Origin: an uncultured Candidatus Saccharibacteria bacterium
GTDB taxonomy: Bacteria; Patescibacteriota; Doudnabacteria; UBA920
Direction: 5' to 3'
NCBI GenBank assembly: GCA_964477745.1
Contig: CAYZEI010000003.1
Location: 6,168-70,167 of the forward strand
Length of the DNA: 64,000 bases
This document shows, piece by piece, positions 35,901 to 44,531 of the stretch. The notes beneath the pieces were generated by a model that saw only the letters and a program-made list of their open reading frames with translations, was not told where the DNA came from and did no database searches. The translations under genes and the position numbers were made by a program. The first letter of the stretch is position 1; every line of letters begins with the position of its first letter.

Positions 35901-37177
35901 GTTTTCACCGGAGGAGCGTCACAACCAGCGGTTGTAACATCTACTGAGTCTAATTTAGAGTCACCGCTTATGGTGTTATATAAAGTAAAGCGATAAGTTC
36001 TGTTTGGTTGCATCCAAGAAGTGTCGGATGTAGTGTCATTTAAGTTATAACCAACAACATTTGTAACGTGTTCGGCCATATCAGTAACATCAACTCTGGC
36101 TGAGCTCACATTTTGAGTAGACCAGGTAACTGTAGTTCTAAAGAAACACATACCACTGATCTTTACCGCAGGAGTAGCGGTAATATTACCAGATGGGGTC
36201 TGAGCCGGAGGCGGAGTACCACCACAAGAACCGGTAGAAACATCCACCGAGTCTAATTTATCTTGACCGTTGGCGGTGTTATATAAAGTAAAACGATACG
36301 ATCTGTCGGCTTGCATCCAGGCAGTGTCGGATGTAGTGTCATTTAAATTGTAGCCGACGACATTGGTAACGTTATCTGATAAATCAGTAACGTCAACTCT
36401 GGCCGAAGTCACATTTTGTGTGGTCCAAGAAACAGTATTTTGAAACAAACACTGCCCGGCTAATTTAGTCGGATTACTGGCGGTAATATTACCGGAAGGA
36501 GTTTGTACCGGAGGAGGGGTAACTGTACCACCGACAACTTTAACTTTGAACCGATAAAATTTAGAAAATTCAAAACAAGCCTGCATTTCACCCATGTCAA
36601 AACTGGTAGAGTCACTAACCATATGATCATTACCGGAAATCTGATTGGCTTGATAGTCAAAAAACTGACCGCTACCTAAAACGGTTTCTAATTTTGCACC
36701 ATCAGGAATATTTACATTTACGCTACCACTGACAACATTGGTAGAACCGCCGGTTCCACGACTGCCGGAAAAAGTGGTGCTGATTGAAGAACCCGAAATA
36801 TTTACAATACCATTAACTCCATAAGCAGTTGTGGTTTGCGGGTCTAATCCTTGCTGAGCACCATTGTGAACGTAAATTCTGACATATAATTCATCACCGG
36901 CTTGTGCGCTGTCGCTTGTACCGTAAGAATTATTGTTTAAATTACGAACCGCGATCGGAGCAAAGTCCGTACAGCCATAACCGGCTACACTGTCCCAAGT
37001 GACTGGGAAAAAATTCAAAGTCGCGATGGTCGGAGCATTTGAACAATTTTCCGATTTCGCCACATTAGTTTTTTGCGGAGCAATTACCAAAATAGCGGTA
37101 ACCACAACCAAAGTTAAAAAAGCCGCAACTGAACCGGGCTTGATTAACTTTTTCAATATGTTCATAAGATTATTCAT
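32939..37177 (-). CDS. giant cell-surface protein (1412 aa): four ~99-aa tandem Ig-like repeats, PKD-like domain, DUF11-like repeats, Asn/Thr-rich sequon patch, C-terminal sortase sorting signal
   Basis: N-terminal signal/TM. C-terminus APKTGAETGAFAFSGLLTAATALIRRRKQ is a motif plus hydrophobic stretch plus basic tail. Internal repeat PPVKTPSGTITATPAVKISGMCFF...TAGCDA occurs four times, twice nearly identical. Confidence 0.8.
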   Translation of the reverse strand: MNNLMNILKKLIKPGSVAAFLTLVVVTAILVIAPQKTNVAKSENCSNAPTIATLNFFPVTWDSVAGYGCTDFAPIAVRNLNNNSYGTSDSAQAGDELYVRIYVHNGAQQGLDPQTTTAYGVNGIVNISGSSISTTFSGSRGTGGSTNVVSGSVNVNIPDGAKLETVLGSGQFFDYQANQISGNDHMVSDSTSFDMGEMQACFEFSKFYRFKVKVVGGTVTPPPVQTPSGNITASNPTKLAGQCLFQNTVSWTTQNVTSARVDVTDLSDNVTNVVGYNLNDTTSDTAWMQADRSYRFTLYNTANGQDKLDSVDVSTGSCGGTPPPAQTPSGNITATPAVKISGMCFFRTTVTWSTQNVSSARVDVTDMAEHVTNVVGYNLNDTTSDTSWMQPNRTYRFTLYNTISGDSKLDSVDVTTAGCDAPPVKTPSGTITATPAVKISGMCFFRSTVSWTTQNVTSAVVEVTDMAENVTNVVGYNLNDTTSDTAWMQSNRTYRFTLYNTSSGKNKLASVDVTTAGCDAPPVKTPSGTITATPAVKISGMCFFRSTVSWTTQNVTSAVVEVTDMAENVTNVVGYNLNDTTSDTAWMQSNRTYRFTLYNTSNGKTKLASVDVTTAGCDQPPICVANTNYFLNAATPVKQGTNYTVKLTWGSDGSHGIKLTQVNSNGSESTLTTGANNGTFTTSANLQAGNTYTFKIYDTNQDCGKFLTSTQVVIQSNPSQLVCSADSSSYNVGQPATFRATGGSSPYTWTGNGQSYAGNVFVTTYTTSGNKNVIVLSNDGQTANCSTSINQPVTEKGIVNLTKEVRNGDGSFTHSASAKQNDIVEYRIKVWAGSSVNLTNVVVTDTFASGLSYVEGSLKVNGQSHASGLTSGGLTFPSVTQSPVVITYQAKVTVTMGSIINTAQANAQNAEMSANDQAIVNVSYVNPGQPALSITKQVKNVTQNTDYNSSVSAKKDDAVKYQVVIKNVGQATAKNVFFNDSNPTQVQPLTNLSVSGTFSGGIPQGVSLGDLSVGATVTITYQGVVKVDSGTIVNIGTVSSDNATSQNASATVAVSTGSNNNGGSYNYCVNYSCNTTTNTTNTTNTTNTTTNNYSYVYINSTGNTVPANQYSQLGVSKSVRLANSGAFQNSVTVNNNDTVEFEIVVTNTGNQNINNVRLTDNLTNGLSIVSGTVRVDGSYVSDSNLYSGMYLGNLSSGAQKRVSFQARVNNSNNSSIQNIAVASGDSASSVQDDAWVFVNTGSVQGGNVSLTYSKKATNETKNQDATVVVASKEDYIVYTLTATNNGNTPANNFIITDDLSQVLPYADMADNGGGSVSGNVISFPGLTVPAYGAVSRSFKVRVKFSLADNLSYVMTNTYGNSVSVRINSPRVLGAFVAPKTGAETGAFAFSGLLTAATALIRRRKQILKLIFS
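35350..36541 (-). repeat. 4 x ~297-bp in-frame tandem repeats inside the giant surface-protein gene (two copies nearly identical)
   Basis: The string ccggaggagcgtcacaaccagcggttgtaacatc recurs with a period of 297 bp (from about 35611 and 35908). The two encoded central copies differ at only about 2 residues. Confidence 0.8.
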
Positions 37178-37368
37178 AAACTTGTTGCTCCTTTAGGAAG
37201 TTTAAGGTTTTTGACTTTGGTCAAAGCCTTAAAACACCGGGGCTAATATTAGACACTGATTTATACTCTTTTAAATGTAATTATCAATTAACCTATAATT
37301 ATAATACTTTTTTGCAATTTTGTCAATACCTAATAATTTTCCATTTTTTGCTTTATTTTAGGCCGATT

Positions 37369-38712
37369 TTACTTTTCTACCTGGGTAACCAAACCAAATA
37401 CCACTAATCTCTTTGCTGTTGAACCAACCGGCCAACATGTAGACAAGGCGACCGTGGACTTGCCTGAATTTTTAAACTGTTCCTGATCTGTGGCAGAATA
37501 TTCTTTTCTGCCGGTTACTACATAGTGGTATATGGCGTCACGACCGTTTTTTTGCACAACAGTAATTTTAAATGACGTATTATCGGCTAAGTCACCCAAT
37601 TTAGAAAATACTTTGTTATAGTCCCCTTTTGCCCAAATATAATTACTGGAATGTCCGGATATATAGGTTGTGCCGATTTGTCCCGGAAGAGCAGTGCCCG
37701 GGTAATGTACAACACCGGTCTGTAGATCCTTGTCAAAGTTTTTCACTTCTTGAGTCCAGATAATCGGAACATTTATATTTAAGGAAGGCACTTCCAAACG
37801 CCCGGCTATTGCAGTATTTACTTGCACTTCGGTATCACTGCTCGGAGTTAAAATATCCGCCCCGGTAGCAGGCGCAGTATTGTTTCCGGAAGCAACGGGT
37901 ATAAAGATATTTCCGGAAACTATGGCGTTACCGCGAATACCGGTCTCTGCACCAGCAACCCGTGAGGGATTCTGCATATTGGATAAAGTTAGCCTGTTAC
38001 TTACAACTTCCATATCAATATACTTGGCAATAAGGGTTTTTTTCTCGTCATTAAGCGGTTTTCCCGACAGCGGGTCAATACCTAACGCCAAAGCCTGGCT
38101 ATCTGCCATACCCAACCCTAGCGTATCGTAGGATTTCGGATTTAACTTAAGTAAATATTTTTGAAAATTTGTTAAGCCGTTTCCGGAGTTATCATATTCA
38201 GGGTCAATTATCTTTGCGTTACTGACATCATAGTAGTATGTACTTATCCAAGCGTTATATGCGGTTAAGTCTTGTTTTTCCAAAGTTTGCAAAGCGGTTT
38301 CCTTTGGAGTTATTGGGGAGGACTGTTTTACTTTAAAAATATTGGAAAAATCAACGGAAGAAAAGAAAAAGAAATACAAAAATATACCCACTGTAAATAC
38401 AGCGGCATAAGGAAGAACCGCCTTACCAAATTTAATGTAAGCCGGCTGATTGGCCTGCTTTTCTAATATGTCATCGGCAAAATGATTCGCAGAGTGACCG
38501 GCTTTAACAGCAGACGGTTCATCAGCAACCGGTTCAACCACAGGCAAATCAGCAACTGGAATATCGGATGTCTTAAGCCCGCTTCCAAGAGGTAAATTTT
38601 CAGAAACATGGCCTATGCCAAGCATCTGAGCGACCTCAGCGGTAGTTACCGGATATTTTTTTGTAGAGTTATCTTTTGTCATATATATTGTATTAACTAT
38701 ACATATTAACAT
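37369..38712 (-). CDS. sortase family transpeptidase with long N-terminal region
   Basis: C-terminal domain with a TLxTC-like motif (TVALSTCWP) and upstream His (YISGHSS). It is adjacent to the giant sorting-signal protein. The active-site Arg was not confidently located. Confidence 0.6.
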   Translation of the reverse strand: MLICIVNTIYMTKDNSTKKYPVTTAEVAQMLGIGHVSENLPLGSGLKTSDIPVADLPVVEPVADEPSAVKAGHSANHFADDILEKQANQPAYIKFGKAVLPYAAVFTVGIFLYFFFFSSVDFSNIFKVKQSSPITPKETALQTLEKQDLTAYNAWISTYYYDVSNAKIIDPEYDNSGNGLTNFQKYLLKLNPKSYDTLGLGMADSQALALGIDPLSGKPLNDEKKTLIAKYIDMEVVSNRLTLSNMQNPSRVAGAETGIRGNAIVSGNIFIPVASGNNTAPATGADILTPSSDTEVQVNTAIAGRLEVPSLNINVPIIWTQEVKNFDKDLQTGVVHYPGTALPGQIGTTYISGHSSNYIWAKGDYNKVFSKLGDLADNTSFKITVVQKNGRDAIYHYVVTGRKEYSATDQEQFKNSGKSTVALSTCWPVGSTAKRLVVFGLVTQVEK

Positions 38713-38724
38713 AGTTAAGATAAT

Positions 38725-39858
38725 TTGTCAAGTCTAATAAAAGATGCTAAACTAAAAATGATTAAGGGTCTTATTAGCTTAAATTACATCATGGATAAGA
38801 GCAATTTTGACAAACCAAATAACTTAATAAACAGACCCGGATTTTTAATTCTGCTTGCTTTTTTCCTTGTCACAAAGCTTTTACTGTCACTCTTTTGGCC
38901 CTCAAAAAATGTGCCCCTGGCCTCGGATTTAAGCCCGGAAAACATTCTAAATGCGGTTAACAAAGAGCGCTCAATCAGAAACCTGGTTACTTTAAACACA
39001 AACAGCAAGCTAAGCAGTGCGGCTCAAAGCAAGTCCGACGATATGCAGTCAAGGCACTATTTTGCGCACGTTGACCCAGATGGGCATTATATTTGGGACA
39101 AAATTGTGGAAGCCGGGTACACGCCATATTTACAATTGGGTGAAAATTTGGCAATTGAATTTTATGATACCGACAGCTTAATGTCGGCCTGGATGAACAG
39201 TCCTACACACCGGGCAAATATTATTCAGGAAGGTTTTAGAGACCAGGGAATGGGCCTAGCTTTTGGTGACTCACGAGCCGGCCAATACCACTCTGCAATT
39301 ACAAATACTTTTGGAGCCCAAGCATCAACCGCAACAAAACCAAAAGTAACCACCACTCCTAAACCCGCAACCTCGCCGGCTCCTGTTGTTACCAAACCGG
39401 AAGTTCCAACTCCTCCAAAAAATATTTCCACTGACCCCACAGCCAATCCGGTTGTGACACAAATTATCCCTACCAGCACACCGACAGCACCTGTTGCATC
39501 AAATTTTGCTCCGATAGCCCCCAGGGACGCGGAAACTTTAGCAACAAACAAGAACAACGAACCTAACTTTACTCTAAAACAAACCCCAGCACCTGCGACC
39601 GGCTCCCCTACCCAAAATCAAACACCAACTAAAGACAACTTATTAGCGATTATCGGACAAAATCCGGAATCAACTTCCAAGAGCAACGACATAAATCGAT
39701 ATTTAATTTTAATCTGTGGAGTAGCATTGCTTTTACTGATGCTGTCCGATTTAAAATCAGCTGTAGAAAAAAAACTCGGGTCATTGGATAAAAAAATCAA
39801 CAACTTAGCTGTATTGTTGATTTCAATAATCGTTATAGCATTTATGTACTGGCTCTAA
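38725..39858 (+). CDS. CAP-domain (SCP/PR1-like, YkwD-like) protein with Pro/Thr-rich linker and C-terminal TM anchor
   Basis: HYFAHVDPDGHYIWDKIVEAGY...GENLA...SLMSAWMNSPTHRANI are CAP family signatures, followed by a TPKPATSPAPVVTKPEVPTPP linker. Confidence 0.65.
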   Translation: MSSLIKDAKLKMIKGLISLNYIMDKSNFDKPNNLINRPGFLILLAFFLVTKLLLSLFWPSKNVPLASDLSPENILNAVNKERSIRNLVTLNTNSKLSSAAQSKSDDMQSRHYFAHVDPDGHYIWDKIVEAGYTPYLQLGENLAIEFYDTDSLMSAWMNSPTHRANIIQEGFRDQGMGLAFGDSRAGQYHSAITNTFGAQASTATKPKVTTTPKPATSPAPVVTKPEVPTPPKNISTDPTANPVVTQIIPTSTPTAPVASNFAPIAPRDAETLATNKNNEPNFTLKQTPAPATGSPTQNQTPTKDNLLAIIGQNPESTSKSNDINRYLILICGVALLLLMLSDLKSAVEKKLGSLDKKINNLAVLLISIIVIAFMYWL

Positions 39859-39868
39859 CTGCTTAAAT

Positions 39869-40825
39869 TTACAAACTGATTTTATATTGGCAACCGTCCA
39901 GAAGCTTAGCTTTAAAATTGGTGACACTAAATACCATGGAGGCCAGTAACAAACTTATTACTGCAATTTCCAAAAATACCTTAAAGTTCAAAGCGCGATC
40001 CAAGCTGTAATGGAAAATTCCCCAAAGTAAATTATAAAACACCGCCAAAAATACGGCGCCGGTGAAATAATTATACCCCCAAAAAATTACCAAAAAATAA
40101 CCCGTTAGCCCCAAAATCAAACCAATTCCTAAGCTCAGGCTTAGGTTTTTTGTACTGATTAATTTATGTTGAAATAAGGCCTGATAAATTAACAGGAAGG
40201 TTAAGGTAAAAATTCCCACAGCAAAATACTTCGGGCTTAAACAATAATGCCTAACCAAAGCCAAACTGGAAGCAAAGGCCAAAGTAACGGCATAAATTTT
40301 TACCACTGATAGAGTTACAAACACGTCGGAACCGACGACTTCCTGTTCCCGAACAATGACTTCCCTTAAAAACCAATAGTTTAAAATAATGGCCACAGAA
40401 GAAAGAACGGCGGTTATTTCCTGGATTTTCAGAAATCCAAAATTTACAAACAGCACACCAACCGTTCCCCAAAACACCACGGTAGGCAAAATTAAATAAT
40501 TCAGCCAGTGACGTAAAAAGGAAATTTTTCGTAAATGACTGACCCTGTCATTAAGAGCGGAAAAAAATATTTTGGCTCCACGACTGGCCACACTTATAAC
40601 ATTTTGATGTTTTGCTACTGCCCGTTGCCACCCGCCACGCTCCCTAAAATGCAAATCATATATTAGGGCAATGTGTAAAATTAAATACGCCCAAATATAA
40701 GAGGCGCTTGTTAAAAATAGCCCCGGTTGATTTAAATTCAAAATATAAATTAAAGCCTGGAAACCCAAAACCACCACCAGACTTAACAGGAATGAGGAAA
40801 TAATTTTTTGCGTTTTAATATGCAT
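39869..40825 (-). CDS. hypothetical polytopic membrane protein
   Basis: 318 aa with about 8-9 hydrophobic helices and no recognisable motif. Confidence 0.4.
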   Translation of the reverse strand: MHIKTQKIISSFLLSLVVVLGFQALIYILNLNQPGLFLTSASYIWAYLILHIALIYDLHFRERGGWQRAVAKHQNVISVASRGAKIFFSALNDRVSHLRKISFLRHWLNYLILPTVVFWGTVGVLFVNFGFLKIQEITAVLSSVAIILNYWFLREVIVREQEVVGSDVFVTLSVVKIYAVTLAFASSLALVRHYCLSPKYFAVGIFTLTFLLIYQALFQHKLISTKNLSLSLGIGLILGLTGYFLVIFWGYNYFTGAVFLAVFYNLLWGIFHYSLDRALNFKVFLEIAVISLLLASMVFSVTNFKAKLLDGCQYKISL

Positions 40826-40826
40826 G

Positions 40827-41546
40827 CTATTTATTGGCTAATGATTTTTTATATTCCATTACCGAAGCCTGGTGTAAGGATTCAAAAGTCCCCGCATCAA
40901 ACCACTGCCCCTCTACAATGTCCACTTTTAGTTCGTTATGTTGTAAATACCAGTTATGCAATTCGGTTATTTCCAGCTCACCGCGGGCGGAAGGCTTAAC
41001 CGCTTTAGCAATTTCAATTACCCGATTGTCGTACACATATAAACCGGTAATAGCATAATCGGAAATATGAGTTTTGGGTTTTTCTTCAATTTGTACCGCC
41101 TGCATTTTTTCGTCAAACTTCACCACGCCAAACCGCTCCGGGTCTGGAACTTTTTTGGCAAAAACTTGACCGCCGACGGAAAAACTTTTAATAATTGGTG
41201 AAAAATCATCTTCAAAAATATTATCTCCCAAAATCATACACACGCTGTCAGTTCCAATAAATTCCTGTCCCAAAATAAAAGCCTGAGCCAAGCCTTCGGG
41301 TTTGTTTTGAATAATATAAGAAAATTTAGCGCCAAATTCACTACCGTCCCCCAATAATTTTTTATACTGATCGGCATAATCCGGGGCCACAATAATTAAA
41401 ATTTCCGTTATCCCGGCTTTCAGTAAAGTATTTAGCGGATAAAAAACCATGGGTTTATTATAAACCGGTAATAATTGCTTGGAGGTAATTTTAGTTAGCG
41501 GATAAAGCCTTGTGCCGTTCCCGCCGGAAAGAATAATTCCTTTCAT
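40827..41546 (-). CDS. rfbA: glucose-1-phosphate thymidylyltransferase (short form)
   Basis: MKGIILSGGNGTRLYPLTKITSKQLLPVYNKPMVFYPLNTLLKAGITEILIIV is the canonical G-x-G-T-R-L sugar-nucleotidyltransferase N-terminus. Confidence 0.8.
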   Translation of the reverse strand: MKGIILSGGNGTRLYPLTKITSKQLLPVYNKPMVFYPLNTLLKAGITEILIIVAPDYADQYKKLLGDGSEFGAKFSYIIQNKPEGLAQAFILGQEFIGTDSVCMILGDNIFEDDFSPIIKSFSVGGQVFAKKVPDPERFGVVKFDEKMQAVQIEEKPKTHISDYAITGLYVYDNRVIEIAKAVKPSARGELEITELHNWYLQHNELKVDIVEGQWFDAGTFESLHQASVMEYKKSLANK

Positions 41547-41650
41547 AATATTTACGAATTACGAATTTTTACGAACTTACGAAACAAAGCATGAACGTAC
41601 TAATTAACCCTTCGTATGTTCGTACTCTTTCGTACTTCGTAAAATCGATG
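41541..41650. repeat. inverted heptamer array: (TTACGAA)n ... (TTCGTA[AC])n, long imperfect hairpin in rfbA|rfbD spacer
   Basis: atttacgaattacgaatttttacgaacttacgaaac ... cttcgtatgttcgtactctttcgtacttcgtaaaatc. Confidence 0.75.
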
Positions 41651-41651
41651 T

Positions 41652-42494
41652 TTAATTATTTAGAAATTCTCTCAAAGATTCTTGCCATGGTCTCATGGCG
41701 GGTAATTTGGTATTTAGTAAAACCGCTTTTTTTGGCCGTTTAGCCGGTCGTTTAAATTCTATCGACGAGACTGCCTCCAAAGCTATTGGCTTATTTAAAA
41801 TTTGAAATATCTCCCGGGCAAATTCAAACCAACTGGCCTGACCGCTGTTAGTTATATGGTATACCCCAAAATCTTTTTTGTCATCCAGAATTTTTTTAAC
41901 CGTCAAAGCTAGATCAGGCGCATAGGTCAAGCTATTAATTTCATCAGCCACAACTTTAATGGAACTTTGTTTCTCGCTTAAAGATAACATTAAATCCACA
42001 AAACTTTTTTTTGCCAATTCGCTCTCCCCTTTTAAACCAAACAACACGGAGGTCCGAATAATATAATACTGTTCGGTGTTTTTTATTATTTCCAGTTCGC
42101 CTTGATACTTTGTTTCTCCATAAACCGATTGAGGATTAGGCGGATCTGTTTCTTCATACTCACCTTTTTCGTCGTCAAAAACATAGTTAGTAGAAAAATG
42201 GATCAAGGGAATAGCTAATTCTTTACAAATTATCGCCAACTCCCCGGGGACCTGACGGTTTAATTTATCGGCAACCACCTGGTTGTTTTCCGCTCCGTCC
42301 ACATCGTTATAAGCGACGCAGTTTATTATAGCTTGAGGAACAGATTTAAGATTGAAGATTTTGGATTTAAGATTTACCGCATCTGTGACATCAACATCTT
42401 CCCTGTCCCAGCCGATTGCTTCTGCACCAAAAACCTTCATTAATTGAGTGCCGAGCATCCCCTTACTGCCTAAAATTAAAACTTGTTTTTCCAT
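41652..42494 (-). CDS. rfbD: dTDP-4-dehydrorhamnose reductase
   Basis: MEKQVLILGSKGMLGTQLMKVF... plus a YGETK (YxxxK) motif. It contains an in-frame GATTTAA-family tract (42343-42375) encoding VNLKSKIFNLKS. Confidence 0.8.
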   Translation of the reverse strand: MEKQVLILGSKGMLGTQLMKVFGAEAIGWDREDVDVTDAVNLKSKIFNLKSVPQAIINCVAYNDVDGAENNQVVADKLNRQVPGELAIICKELAIPLIHFSTNYVFDDEKGEYEETDPPNPQSVYGETKYQGELEIIKNTEQYYIIRTSVLFGLKGESELAKKSFVDLMLSLSEKQSSIKVVADEINSLTYAPDLALTVKKILDDKKDFGVYHITNSGQASWFEFAREIFQILNKPIALEAVSSIEFKRPAKRPKKAVLLNTKLPAMRPWQESLREFLNN

Positions 42495-42496
42495 TA

Positions 42497-43507
42497 TTAT
42501 TTTTCAGAATAATTTTGTTCGTAATATTTTTGGTATTCCCCTGACTTCACATTCTTCCACCAGATTTGATTATTTTTATACCACTCAATAGTCTGGCTTA
42601 AATAATCTTCAAAATTATGTTCCGGTTTCCAACCCAGTTCATTTCTTATTTTACTGGAGTCAATGGCGTATTTTACATCATGACCCGGCCGGTCTCCGAC
42701 AATTTCCAACATCTCTTCGCCAAAACCCATTAATTTAAGAATCATTTTTGCCACTTCCAAATTGGTATATTCTTTATGGTCCGCGCCAACCAAATAAGTT
42801 TCGCCGGCCCTCCCCTTGTTTAATACCAAATCAACAGCACTGCAATGGTCCTGAACATAAAGCCAATCTCGCACTTGATTGCCGGGGGTGTAGACCGGAA
42901 TTTTTTTTCCTTCCAATAAATTAGTAATGGCCAGCGGAATAAATTTTTCCGGGAAATGATACGGGCCAAAATTATTGGAACAATTGGTTATGGTAACAGG
43001 CAATCCGTAAGTACTAAAGTAGGCCCGCACCAAATGATCACTACCGGCCTTGGAAGCCGAGTAAGGACTGCGGGGTAAATACGGGGAATCTTCAGTCCAT
43101 TTTTCTTTTGAGTCCAAAGCAATTTGTCCAAAAACTTCGTCTGTGGAAACGTGGTGAAAATGTTTAATATTATTTTTCCTGGCCGAATCCAATAGCACCT
43201 GGGTGCCTAATACATTTGTTCGCACAAATTCTTCGGGGCCGATTATCGAACGGTCTACATGAGACTCGGCGGCAAAATGAACAACCACATCCACGCCGGA
43301 CATTGCCATGCTGACTGCCTTCGCGTCACATATGTCGCCTTTTTCAAAAATAATATTATTTTTCACCGCTTCCAAATTAGCCAGATTACCGGCATAAGTC
43401 AGTTTATCAAAAACAACAATTTGGTCGCTTGGGTATTTCTTGATCCAATAATGGACAAAGTTGGAGCCAATAAAACCCGCTCCACCGGTTATTAAAATTT
43501 TACTCAT
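42497..43507 (-). CDS. rfbB: dTDP-glucose 4,6-dehydratase
   Basis: MSKILITGGAGFIGSNFVHYWIKKYPSDQIVVFDKLTYAGNLANL, with YSASK as the YxxxK motif. Confidence 0.88.
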   Translation of the reverse strand: MSKILITGGAGFIGSNFVHYWIKKYPSDQIVVFDKLTYAGNLANLEAVKNNIIFEKGDICDAKAVSMAMSGVDVVVHFAAESHVDRSIIGPEEFVRTNVLGTQVLLDSARKNNIKHFHHVSTDEVFGQIALDSKEKWTEDSPYLPRSPYSASKAGSDHLVRAYFSTYGLPVTITNCSNNFGPYHFPEKFIPLAITNLLEGKKIPVYTPGNQVRDWLYVQDHCSAVDLVLNKGRAGETYLVGADHKEYTNLEVAKMILKLMGFGEEMLEIVGDRPGHDVKYAIDSSKIRNELGWKPEHNFEDYLSQTIEWYKNNQIWWKNVKSGEYQKYYEQNYSEK

Positions 43508-44037
43508 ACTTTTAACTTGAGCTTAAACATATAAAGTGCGGAAATAGTCCAGGAGTCAACAATTCGTCCGCTTAAAATCATTTTTTCAATTTCTTTTAAA
43601 GCAAACCCTTTCATAACCATATCGCTTTCACCCGGCTCCCGATTGTGCTCGCCCGGTTTTAAACCTTGAGCTAAAAATACCCTTCCTTCGGTATTTCCGC
43701 TTCCGGGGGTGGGATAAAACATTCCTAAATATTTCCAGGTTTTGGCGTCAAATCCCGTTTCTTCTTTAAGCTCTTTTTTCGCCTGGGTTAGATAATTTTT
43801 ATTTTCCGCTCTACCAATCGGCAGTTCCCATAGACGCTTGCCGATGACATAACGAAACTGGTTGACCAAATAAATTTTTTTACCGTCAAACGGAATTATC
43901 GCCACGCCCGGATTGCTTTGTAAATAAAAATACTTCCCCCGTGAACCGTCCGGCACAACCACGGCATCCTCGCGAATATTAAACCGTGGGGACTTATATA
44001 CCACTTTGCTATTTATTTTTTTCCATTTTCCTGTCAT
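43504..44037 (-). CDS. NUDIX hydrolase
   Basis: Nudix box GRAENKNYLTQAKKELKEETGF (GX5EX7REUXEEXGU pattern). Confidence 0.75.
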   Translation of the reverse strand: MTGKWKKINSKVVYKSPRFNIREDAVVVPDGSRGKYFYLQSNPGVAIIPFDGKKIYLVNQFRYVIGKRLWELPIGRAENKNYLTQAKKELKEETGFDAKTWKYLGMFYPTPGSGNTEGRVFLAQGLKPGEHNREPGESDMVMKGFALKEIEKMILSGRIVDSWTISALYMFKLKLKV

Positions 44038-44080
44038 TTAAATTTTGTCAATTTTGCACAATTATGATCAATTTTGTCAA
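44038..44080. repeat. TGTCAATTT-word repeat (nudix|cupin spacer), same family as 10139-10245
   Basis: ttaaattttgtcaattttgcacaattatgatcaattttgtcaatt. Confidence 0.6.
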
Positions 44081-44530
44081 TTACTTTACTATTCCCGCTT
44101 CCAGCTCTTCTTGCGTATATTCCACTTGTTCATCCTTAAGACTTGGATCATACGCCGGATCCGGATAATTAATTAACCAAGCTTCTTCACTGCCGATATT
44201 TTCCAAACCAGTGGCCACGTTCTTAGGGATAAACATCCGAGTAGGCACACCGGCTTCCAGCACGGTTTCGCTTTTTACCCACTTGCCGTCTTCTTGCACA
44301 TAGGTGGTAATTTTCATTTTTCCTTTTAACGCCACATATCTGGCGGCACGAACGCGGTGCAAATGATAACCCTTAAAAGCTCCCGGCAACGCCGCGGTCA
44401 AATAGGCTTCGGTCTTCTCTTGGGTTTCTTTATCTTTATACAACTCCATTAGCCAGCCGTTTTCTTTGCCTTGGGCGTCAAAAGTTTTTACTTTTTTTGC
44501 TTCTTGTGTTTCCACTTTTAAAATTTCCAT
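44081..44530 (-). CDS. cupin-fold dTDP-4-keto-6-deoxyhexose isomerase/epimerase (FdtA/WxcM-like or RmlC-like)
   Basis: 149 aa. KGYHLHRVRAARYVALKGKM resembles the RG-H-H- metal/active-site region of FdtA-type cupins. It lies within the dTDP-sugar cluster. Confidence 0.45.
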   Translation of the reverse strand: MEILKVETQEAKKVKTFDAQGKENGWLMELYKDKETQEKTEAYLTAALPGAFKGYHLHRVRAARYVALKGKMKITTYVQEDGKWVKSETVLEAGVPTRMFIPKNVATGLENIGSEEAWLINYPDPAYDPSLKDEQVEYTQEELEAGIVK

Positions 44531-44531
44531 A

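Noticed and set aside
32939-37177. Diversity-generating retroelement targeting the repeat-rich surface protein
   Set aside because: No reverse transcriptase gene and no template/variable repeat pair with adenine-specific mismatches are present in the window. The near-identical repeats are in-frame tandem domain duplications.
38784-39008. 74-aa minus-strand ORF
   Set aside because: It is antisense inside the CAP-domain gene 38725..39858.
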